Notes under the pieces: model-generated
Database searches by the model: none
What the model saw: the letters and a program-made list of their open reading frames with translations, nothing else
Told to the model about the DNA's origin: nothing
Shown: positions 57,322-64,000 of the stretch, one piece after another
How positions within the stretch are numbered: position 1 is the first letter of the stretch
Layout: the number at the start of each line of letters is the position of its first letter
Made by a program: the position numbers and the translations under genes
NCBI GenBank assembly: GCA_903862645.1
Contig: CAIOZF010000022.1
Coordinates: 4,352 to 68,351 of the forward strand
Source of the DNA: an uncultured Gammaproteobacteria bacterium
Lineage (GTDB): Bacteria > Pseudomonadota > Gammaproteobacteria > Pseudomonadales > Pseudohongiellaceae
Reading direction: 5' to 3'
Length of the DNA: 64,000 nt

Positions 57322-57915
57322 TTAATCGTTATGCGTCATATGCCCCATCTTGGTGGCTTTGACGGCCAGATAGGCTTGGTTGTGCAGATTGTGACCCGTG
57401 TGTATCGGCACTCGCTCGGCGACGGTGATCCCGATTGCCTCCATCCCTGCCACCTTGGCCGGATTGTTGGTCAACAGACGCAGCGACTTCACACAAAAAT
57501 GCTGCAGTATCGGCCGACAAATCTCATATTCACGCCCATCCGCCAAAAATCCCAGACGCTCGTTGGCCTCGACTGTGTCCGCACCGGCATCCTGCAGCTC
57601 ATAAGCTCTGATCTTGTTCAACAGCCCGATACCGCGGCCTTCCTGCCGCAAATAGAGAATGAGTCCACGCCCCTCCCTGGCAATCTGCTGCATTGCATAC
57701 TGCAACTGCGGCCCACAATCACAGCGCAGGCTGAACAGCGCGTCGCCGGTCAGGCACTCCGAATGCACACGGCAGAGCGCCGGCTCGTCCGAATCCAAGT
57801 CGCCCATCGCAAGCACCACGTGCTCCTTGCCGGTACGAGGATCCTCGAAACCGTGAATCGTAAAGTTTCCCCACTCGGTGGGCAGCATCGCTCCCGCCAC
57901 GTATCTGACTTGCAC
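57322..57915 (-). CDS. ribA: GTP cyclohydrolase II
   Basis: ..[24 protein letters not shown].. is the zinc and active-site motif. 197 aa. Confidence 0.9.
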   Translation of the reverse strand: MQVRYVAGAMLPTEWGNFTIHGFEDPRTGKEHVVLAMGDLDSDEPALCRVHSECLTGDALFSLRCDCGPQLQYAMQQIAREGRGLILYLRQEGRGIGLLNKIRAYELQDAGADTVEANERLGFLADGREYEICRPILQHFCVKSLRLLTNNPAKVAGMEAIGITVAERVPIHTGHNLHNQAYLAVKATKMGHMTHND

Positions 57916-57929
57916 TGAATTTTCCTCAC

Positions 57930-58421
57930 TTAACCGAATACTGATTGACCGTATATATACGCTGCAGACTGCAGACAGATCAGTGCCATCACCCCCGCCA
58001 GCACATCATCGACCATTACACCGAAACCGCCTTTGACGTGGCGGTCCAGCCAGCTGATCGGCCAGGGCTTCAGAATGTCGAACAACCGGAACAGCGCGAA
58101 ACCAGCCACAATCCATAGCCAGCCTTCCGGAGCCATGAACATGGTGATCCAGTAACCGACGAACTCGTCCCAGACGATGCCGCCATGATCATGCACGCCG
58201 ATGTCCCGCGCCGTTCGGTCACAGAGCCAGATGCCGACCAGTGTGACAACGAGCAGAAACAGCAGGTAGAGCGTCCAGGTCATGGCGGGCAATAGCAGAT
58301 ACAAGGCGACGCCCATTAGCGTACCAAAGGTGCCGGGCGCCACGGGAGCCGCCCCACTTCCAAAGCCGAAGGCCGCAAAATGCACGGGATTGCGCCAGAC
58401 TGAACGCGGGGTGGGTGCCAT
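57930..58421 (-). CDS. pgpA: Phosphatidylglycerophosphatase A
   Basis: ..[18 protein letters not shown].. and ..FDILKPWPI.. PgpA motifs. thiL-pgpA context. Confidence 0.85.
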   Translation of the reverse strand: MAPTPRSVWRNPVHFAAFGFGSGAAPVAPGTFGTLMGVALYLLLPAMTWTLYLLFLLVVTLVGIWLCDRTARDIGVHDHGGIVWDEFVGYWITMFMAPEGWLWIVAGFALFRLFDILKPWPISWLDRHVKGGFGVMVDDVLAGVMALICLQSAAYIYGQSVFG

Positions 58422-59455
58422 CAGTGCTGCTCCTGGGTAAGGTGCGCGGCGGCTGCAGGGTCAGGAAAGTGATTGTAGCCACGCACCTGCAGGTCCAAAG
58501 TCTCGCCCTCGCGTTGCCAGCGTATACCCTCTCCGGGGGCGCTGTAACCGATACAAGTAACCGGCGTGCCGGCCTCGCGCATCTGCTGCTCCAGCATCTC
58601 AGTCTGGTCGGAAGGAACGGTAAAACACAGTTCGTAGTCATCACCGCCGCCCAGTGCCAGAGCCAGTTGGTCGGCCTGCGGGATCAGCGCCCGGAAAGCT
58701 TCGGAGAGGGGCAAGGCATCGACATTCACGACCGCGCCCAATCCACTGGCTCGGGCAATATGCCCGAGATCCGACGCCAGCCCATCGGAGATGTCGATGG
58801 CCGCAGATGCCAGCTGACGCAATCGCTGCGCGGCACGCACTCGGGACTCGGGTAGATAAAATGCATCGATCAATGCCTGCCTCTGCTCGGGAGACAGGCG
58901 GTCGCTTTGTTCGGGATTTTGCAGAAGCACGAGGCCGGCCGCCGCATCGCCAAGCGTGCCGGTGACATAGATCATGTCACCCTCGTGGGCACCACTGCGC
59001 AACAGTGCAGCCCCTTGCGGGACGGTGCCATGTACCTGCACGCAGACAGTCAGGGCGCCGCGCTGCGGGTGACAGGCCGTAGTGTCACCGCCAACCAGCG
59101 GGCAGGCATGGGCACGGGCGACGGCGGCGAGCCCAGCACTGAAACGCTCCAGCCAATGAGGATCTGCAAAAGGAAGACTCAGTCCCAGCGTGAAACAGAC
59201 GGGCTGTGCCCCCATAGCGGCGAGATCACTGAGATTGACCAGCAAGGCGCGCTGACCGAGCATATACGGATCACTGCCGGGCAGGAAGTGCACCCCCTCC
59301 TGCAACAAATCCATAGATATTACAAGCTCTTGCGCGGGTCTGACCCGCAGCAGGGCGCAGTCGTCGCCGATGCCGAGCGCGACGCTGGGGGAAGCGAAGG
59401 CCAGTTCGCTGCGCTGGAAATAGCGGCGGATGATGTCGAATTCATCGGAAGCCAC
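58421..59455 (-). CDS. thiL: Thiamine-monophosphate kinase
   Basis: ..EFDIIRRYF.., ..GIGDDCALL.. and ..LVNLSDLAAMGA.. are colinear with E. coli ThiL. Confidence 0.9.
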   Translation of the reverse strand: MASDEFDIIRRYFQRSELAFASPSVALGIGDDCALLRVRPAQELVISMDLLQEGVHFLPGSDPYMLGQRALLVNLSDLAAMGAQPVCFTLGLSLPFADPHWLERFSAGLAAVARAHACPLVGGDTTACHPQRGALTVCVQVHGTVPQGAALLRSGAHEGDMIYVTGTLGDAAAGLVLLQNPEQSDRLSPEQRQALIDAFYLPESRVRAAQRLRQLASAAIDISDGLASDLGHIARASGLGAVVNVDALPLSEAFRALIPQADQLALALGGGDDYELCFTVPSDQTEMLEQQMREAGTPVTCIGYSAPGEGIRWQREGETLDLQVRGYNHFPDPAAAAHLTQEQH

Positions 59456-59487
59456 GTTGGGAAACCTCGGGTTTCAGACCTCGGATA

Positions 59488-60039
59488 TCAGATTTCGAGA
59501 GTCCGGATGGAGCGGGCGGCACGATCCAGAATGCCATTGATGTATTTGTGGCCGTCGGTGGCGCCGAATACCCGCGCCAGCTCCACACACTCATTGATGA
59601 CGACTTTGTAGGGCACGTCGATGCGATGCAGCAATTCGTACATACCGTAGCGCAACAGTGACAGTTCGACGGGATCGAGCGCGTCAATGCGGCGGTCCAG
59701 CATCGGTTCCAGCGCGGCATCCAGCTCCTTTACGAGCGGAGGGATGGCGGGGAAGACTTCGTGAAAATACGCCCAGTCAATCTTGCCCAGGTAGTAGCTG
59801 CGGAACTCCGCCTGAATATCACTCACCGGAGCGCGAGCAATCTGCCACTGGTACAGCGCCTGCAGGACCATGCGGCGAGCCTTTTGACGGTCCGACAGTT
59901 TCTTCTTGGAATCCTTCCGGGCAGCCGCCGAGAACGGCGCACGGGCACCTGGCAGACTGGAATCGACCTCAAGTTTTGCGGAGAAAGGCTTCGCCACCAG
60001 GGACTCCAACGATTCGGGCTTAACGGGCACTTGTATCAC
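59488..60039 (-). CDS. nusB: Transcription antitermination factor NusB (with N-terminal extension)
   Basis: ..ARRMVLQALYQWQIA.. onward is canonical NusB. The GTG at 60039 abuts the ribH stop, and the exact start is uncertain. Confidence 0.85.
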   Translation of the reverse strand: MIQVPVKPESLESLVAKPFSAKLEVDSSLPGARAPFSAAARKDSKKKLSDRQKARRMVLQALYQWQIARAPVSDIQAEFRSYYLGKIDWAYFHEVFPAIPPLVKELDAALEPMLDRRIDALDPVELSLLRYGMYELLHRIDVPYKVVINECVELARVFGATDGHKYINGILDRAARSIRTLEI

Positions 60040-60519
60040 CTACTGCAACTTCAATTTATTGATAACACTGACCATTTCCAGCGCACTCAGCGCGGCTTCC
60101 GCGCCTTTGTTGCCGGCCTTGGTGCCGGCGCGTTCGATCGCCTGCTCAATGGTGTCGACAGTGAGGACGCCGAAGGCAACCGGAATGCGGCTTTCCAGGC
60201 TGACGACGCTCAGGCCTTTAACGCATTCGCCGGCGACGTATTCAAAGTGCGGTGTCCCGCCACGGATCACGGCGCCCAAAGCGATGACCGCATCGTAGGT
60301 ACCGGTGGCCAGCACGTTGCGGGTGAGCACTGGCAGTTCAAATGCACCAGGCGCCTTGATGATGGTGATGTCCTCGTCCTGCACGCCATGACGGCGCAGC
60401 GCATCGATCGCGCCTTCTAGAAGTTTGTCGACGATGAAACTGTTGAAGCGCGCGACCACGATGGCATAGCTTGCCTTCTGGGCGATCAAAGTTCCCTCTA
60501 TTACCTTGATATTATTCAT
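60040..60519 (-). CDS. ribH: 6,7-dimethyl-8-ribityllumazine synthase
   Basis: ..[12 protein letters not shown].., ..GAFELP.. and ..[23 protein letters not shown].. are canonical. Confidence 0.95.
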   Translation of the reverse strand: MNNIKVIEGTLIAQKASYAIVVARFNSFIVDKLLEGAIDALRRHGVQDEDITIIKAPGAFELPVLTRNVLATGTYDAVIALGAVIRGGTPHFEYVAGECVKGLSVVSLESRIPVAFGVLTVDTIEQAIERAGTKAGNKGAEAALSALEMVSVINKLKLQ

Positions 60520-60567
60520 TTTCCCTCACCTGTGATTAGAAGTTTCGAGCTCTTCAATCAACTGTTG

Positions 60568-61707
60568 TTACGTTAACTGCTGCGCCTGCATGAAGGCTTC
60601 ATCAAACGGGACAAACTCCACCACCTCCAGATCAAAACCGGAAATGGCATGATAACGGGCCGGATAACTGAGCAAGCGCATCTTGCCAACGCCTAGATCA
60701 CGCAGAATCTGCGAGCCCGTCCCGACGGTCAGATCGCTGCCTTTGCGCGCGGCGCGCTGCCCCCCGGTGCCATCCCCGAAGGCACTACTCAGTGTCTCGT
60801 TGATGTCCTCCGCATATTCTGCGCCGGATAGTAACACAGCCACCCCCCGCCCTTCCTCTGAGATTCGCGCCAGTGCGGCACCAAAGGACCACGATGGCCA
60901 GGCCGGATGGATCACGTCGCAGACATCGCGCAGCGTGTTGGCCACATGCACACGTACCAGCGTCGGCTCACTCGCCTTGATCTCCCCCATGGAGAAGGCC
61001 AGATGTGGCCCGCCCTGAATGGTGTCCTTGAAAGTGTGCACTGTGAACTCGCCATGTTCGGTCTGAACGGCGTGACTGTCATTGCGGACTACCGTGCGTT
61101 CGTTGGCAATGCGGTAGTGGATCAGATCGACGATGGTGCCAATCTTCAAACCATGCTTCTGCGCGAAGATCTCCAGATCCGGCCGCCGGGCCATCGTGCC
61201 GTCATCGTTCATGATCTCGACAATGGCGGCTGCTGGCATGAAACCGGCCAGCCGTGCCAGGTCGCAACCCGCCTCGGTATGACCAGCACGCTGCAGCACG
61301 CCACCGGGCTGAGCCATGATCGGAAAGACATGACCGGGCTGGACGATATCGTCCGGCTTGCTGTCACGCGCTACCGCCACTTGAATGGTGCGCGCACGAT
61401 CGGCAGCTGAGATGCCAGTAGTTACCCCGGTCGCCGCTTCGATGGAGGCGGTGAAATTGGTAGCGAACTGTGCGCCGTTCTTGCTGACCATGGGTCGCAG
61501 GTTGAGGAATTCGCAACGCTCGCGGCTGAGGGTAAGGCAGATCAAGCCGCGGGCGTTGGTGGCCATGAAGTTGATGTCTTCAGTCCGCACGCGCTCGGCG
61601 GCGATAACGAGGTCACCTTCGTTCTCGCGGTCTTCGTCATCCATCAGAATGACCATGCGGCCCTGGCGGATGTCTTCGATAATCTCTTCAACGGTGTTCA
61701 GTTTCAT
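60568..61707 (-). CDS. ribBA: Bifunctional 3,4-dihydroxy-2-butanone-4-phosphate synthase / GTP cyclohydrolase II-like protein
   Basis: Start at ATG 61707 (MKLNTVEEIIEDIRQGRMVILMDDEDRENEGDL..). DHBP synthase N-domain plus a GCHII-like C-domain. Confidence 0.9.
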   Translation of the reverse strand: MKLNTVEEIIEDIRQGRMVILMDDEDRENEGDLVIAAERVRTEDINFMATNARGLICLTLSRERCEFLNLRPMVSKNGAQFATNFTASIEAATGVTTGISAADRARTIQVAVARDSKPDDIVQPGHVFPIMAQPGGVLQRAGHTEAGCDLARLAGFMPAAAIVEIMNDDGTMARRPDLEIFAQKHGLKIGTIVDLIHYRIANERTVVRNDSHAVQTEHGEFTVHTFKDTIQGGPHLAFSMGEIKASEPTLVRVHVANTLRDVCDVIHPAWPSWSFGAALARISEEGRGVAVLLSGAEYAEDINETLSSAFGDGTGGQRAARKGSDLTVGTGSQILRDLGVGKMRLLSYPARYHAISGFDLEVVEFVPFDEAFMQAQQLT

Positions 61708-61776
61708 TGCTTTTCCAGTCACTCATTCTGTGTGAGCCTGCCTTGCAGGCGACCAGTACTCTGTACTCTGCATTTC

Positions 61777-61895
61777 GAGCTGAGTGACATTGTGGAGCAA
61801 TCAGGACACGCCGCGTGAATACATCCATGTAGGGCTCAATCGCGCCATCCATGGCGCTTAATGGTCCTGCCTTGCTCCACACTGTCACTCAGCTC
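61777..61895. repeat. Structured repeat 'element A' (119 bp; 24-bp terminal inverted arms, core shared with 28448..28555) inside the rib operon
   Basis: Arms are GAGCTGAGTGACATTGTGGAGCAA and TTGCTCCACACTGTCACTCAGCTC (one mismatch). The core is GACACGCCGCGTGAATACATCCATGTAGGGCTCAATCGCGCCATCCATGGCGCTTAATGGTCC. Confidence 0.7.
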
Positions 61896-61911
61896 TCGCT
61901 TCTGTGGTGCG

Positions 61912-62577
61912 TCACGCAAACCCCTGCTCTGCCAGGAAAGCGTGGGTCAGTTTCGTCGTTTCGCCATCGGCCTCGTCGGCTGCGTGGTCGCCCTGCATCA
62001 GGCGTTCTAGGTAGCGGCTGATCAAGTCGACTTCCAGGTTCACCTGCTGCCCAGGGCGGTAGTCCTCAATGATGGTCTGGGCCTGGGTATGCGGGATGAT
62101 GTTGACGCTGAAGGTGGCACCGTTGACGGTGTTCACGGTCAGGCTGGTGCCATCGATGCAGACGGAGCCTTTGTGGGCGATGTATTTGGCCAGCGCTTTG
62201 GGGGCGCGGAAGTCCATGCGCACACTGGCGCCATCGGCGCGGCGGTCGATCAGTTCGCCCACACCATCGACATGGCCGCTGACGATGTGGCCGCCGAGGC
62301 GCTTGGAAGGTGTCAGGGCCTTCTCCAGATTCAGTTTCGCGCCCTTGCTCAGAGCGTGCAGGGTCGTGAGCTGCATGGTCTCATTGGAGACGTCGGCTTC
62401 GAACTGCGACGGTCCCAGTCGGGTTACTGTCAGGCATACCCCGTTGACGGCGATGCTGTCGCCCAGCACGACGTCGCTGAAATCCAGGCGCGGACTGTGC
62501 ACGCTCAGGCGCCACTCACCGCCCCGCAGTTGCAGGTCGGCTACTGTTCCCAGTGCTTCGATGATTCCCGTAAACAT
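61912..62577 (-). CDS. ribE: Riboflavin synthase
   Basis: Internal ATG 62577: MFTGIIEALGTV.. with the internal repeat ..GHVDGVGEL.. Two lumazine-binding repeats. Confidence 0.9.
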   Translation of the reverse strand: MFTGIIEALGTVADLQLRGGEWRLSVHSPRLDFSDVVLGDSIAVNGVCLTVTRLGPSQFEADVSNETMQLTTLHALSKGAKLNLEKALTPSKRLGGHIVSGHVDGVGELIDRRADGASVRMDFRAPKALAKYIAHKGSVCIDGTSLTVNTVNGATFSVNIIPHTQAQTIIEDYRPGQQVNLEVDLISRYLERLMQGDHAADEADGETTKLTHAFLAEQGFA

Positions 62578-62606
62578 GCCTCTATTCGCCTCGTCACTTA
62601 TGCCGG

Positions 62607-63743
62607 TCAATGGTGGATGAAGCGTGCCGTGATACGGCAATCACCGTCAAGGGTACGCACGTCGATGATGTTCAGTCTGACACGATCCGCCATCTGCCGC
62701 AGCCCCGGCAGATTCAGCAAAGGCTGCGCATCGCTGCCCAGGAGCATGGCCCCGATGTAAATGATGACCTCGTCCACCAGACCAGCTTTGATCATGGCGC
62801 CGCTCAGGGTGGGGCCGGCCTCCAGCAACACCTCATTACAACTAAACTCGGCCGCCAGAGTCTGCATCGCGGCACGCAGATCCACACGCCCCCCCTGTTC
62901 GGTTGTCACTTCGCGCAACAAAGCGCCGGTCTCTGTAAAACGCTGGCTATGCTGGCCGTGAGGACTGCAGGTCAGCACCAGCGCGTCGCCGGACAGGGTC
63001 AGTATTTTCGCCTGCGGCGGTGTGCGCAGTGCCGAGTCCACGATGACTCGCAGGGGCTGACGAGAGTCAATCTCACGCAACTGTGCAGCGGATAGATCGT
63101 GCGCCTGCCACTGTTCGGGGCGAACATTCAGGCTGGGATTGTCGATCAACACGGTATTCACGCCCGTAACCACTGCGCAGGCGGCAGCCCTCAGGCGCTG
63201 GACATCCGCTCTGGCTGCCGGGCCGGTAATCCACTGACTCTCGCCCGAGGCCATCGCCGTGCGGCCATCCAGACTCATGGCCATCTTGCAACGCACGTAG
63301 GGCAGGCCCTCAGTCATGCGCTTGATGAACCCCCTGTTGAGTGCGCGGGACTCGTCCTCCAACAACGGACCGCTGACCTTGATGCCAGCACTACGCAGCG
63401 CCTGAATACCCTTGCCCGCCACAATGGGATTGGGGTCGAGCATGCCGAACACGACTTCCGCGACGCCGGCGGAGATCAGCGCCTCTGTGCAGGGTGGGGT
63501 TTTGCCATGGTGACAACAGGGTTCGAGAGAAACATAGACGATGGCGCCGCGAGCAGCTTCACCGGCCATCTGCAAGGCATTGACTTCAGCATGGGGATGG
63601 CCGGGCTTCTCATGCCAGCCGGTGCCGACAATCTGGCCATCCTTGACGATCACACAGCCCACGCGGGGATTGGGGGTCGTCGAGTAGACGTTGGCAGCCG
63701 CCGTTATGGCCACATGCATGAAATAGGCGGCGTTGCTGTTCAT
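62607..63743 (-). CDS. ribD: Bifunctional riboflavin biosynthesis deaminase/reductase
   Basis: ATG 63743 lies 17 nt after the nrdR stop. ..HAEVNAL.. and ..PCCHHGKTPPC.. are the CMP/dCMP-type deaminase zinc motifs, followed by the reductase domain. Confidence 0.9.
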   Translation of the reverse strand: MNSNAAYFMHVAITAAANVYSTTPNPRVGCVIVKDGQIVGTGWHEKPGHPHAEVNALQMAGEAARGAIVYVSLEPCCHHGKTPPCTEALISAGVAEVVFGMLDPNPIVAGKGIQALRSAGIKVSGPLLEDESRALNRGFIKRMTEGLPYVRCKMAMSLDGRTAMASGESQWITGPAARADVQRLRAAACAVVTGVNTVLIDNPSLNVRPEQWQAHDLSAAQLREIDSRQPLRVIVDSALRTPPQAKILTLSGDALVLTCSPHGQHSQRFTETGALLREVTTEQGGRVDLRAAMQTLAAEFSCNEVLLEAGPTLSGAMIKAGLVDEVIIYIGAMLLGSDAQPLLNLPGLRQMADRVRLNIIDVRTLDGDCRITARFIHH

Positions 63744-63759
63744 CTCAGGGTCCAGATGC

Positions 63760-64000
63760 TCAATTGTCGTTGGCCAGACGGTCGATTTCGGCACGGAATT
63801 CATTCAAATCCTTGAAGCTGCGATAGACCGAAGCGAAACGCACGAAGGCAACCTCATCGAGCTGCCGCAGCTCCTGCATTACCTGCTCACCGACGATGTG
63901 GGAGGGAACTTCCCGCTCGCCGGTAGCACGCAGATGGTTCTTGATACGATTGATCGCCTCGTCGACTTTCTCGATGCTGACCGGGCGTTTCTCCAGCGCC
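63760..64000 (-). CDS. nrdR: Transcriptional repressor NrdR, C-terminal part (5' end outside the window)
   Basis: My translation: ..[81 protein letters not shown]-cone region, canonical nrdR-ribD linkage. Confidence 0.85.
   Translation of the reverse strand, partial: ALEKRPVSIEKVDEAINRIKNHLRATGEREVPSHIVGEQVMQELRQLDEVAFVRFASVYRSFKDLNEFRAEIDRLANDN

Noticed and set aside
61708-61911. FMN (RFN) riboswitch expected somewhere in the rib cluster
   Set aside because: I looked for the conserved RFN core (GGGGCAGGGTGAAATTCCC..CCGGCGGT..AGTCCGGATG) in the ribE-ribBA spacer and upstream of ribA and ribD, and found nothing resembling it. The spacer is occupied by the hairpin element instead.
1-64000. 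CRISPR arrays, tRNA or rRNA genes, integrases, phage structural genes, toxin-antitoxin pairs, restriction-modification or known defence-system signature domains
   Set aside because: I scanned both the ORF translations and the intergenic regions. There are no regularly spaced direct repeats, no tRNA-like T-arm (GGTTCGAATCC-type) sequences, and no nuclease, methylase, SIR2, TIR, STAND or reverse-transcriptase motifs. The only helicase is housekeeping DbpA.

Overview
This is a GC-rich gammaproteobacterial chromosomal segment. Gene order and REP style resemble Pseudomonas or marine Cellvibrionales genomes, but the taxon cannot be fixed from this window. It holds about 64 densely packed protein genes, mostly core functions. 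These are an elaB/yqjE-like pair, zur, a split YeeE/YedE pair, a two-subunit pyruvate carboxylase and a TonB-dependent receptor. They continue with rimK, two tandem five-gene peptide-type ABC importers (about 13 kb), mscS, sseA, fbpABC, ybiT-dbpA and xseB-ispA-dxs. The window ends with a cobalamin-riboswitch-controlled btuB-cobO-btuF unit and nrdR-ribD-ribE-ribBA-ribH-nusB-thiL-pgpA-ribA. I saw no rRNA, tRNA, CRISPR array, prophage, integrase or recognisable defence or toxin system. The non-core content is (1) one REP-associated tyrosine transposase (RAYT) flanked by inverted palindromic REPs. (2) At least three further families of intergenic structured repeats: a GTGGGAGC-type REP/REPIN, a 110-120 bp hairpin element with a conserved core, and a 152 bp rod-like hairpin. 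(3) A 47-codon multicopper-oxidase relic. (4) A block of uncharacterised exported proteins at 38.1-42.4 kb. That block holds a cytochrome c'-like lipoprotein, HupE/UreJ, a membrane-anchored unknown, a lipoprotein plus a DUF6152-like protein whose predicted mature N-terminus is His-His, and a small secreted protein. I rate block (4) as the best candidate for undescribed biology, probably periplasmic metal or redox handling, but the evidence is modest. All functional calls rest on my reading of translated motifs and gene context, not on database searches. Several start codons were moved from the longest-ORF track position to better-supported internal starts.
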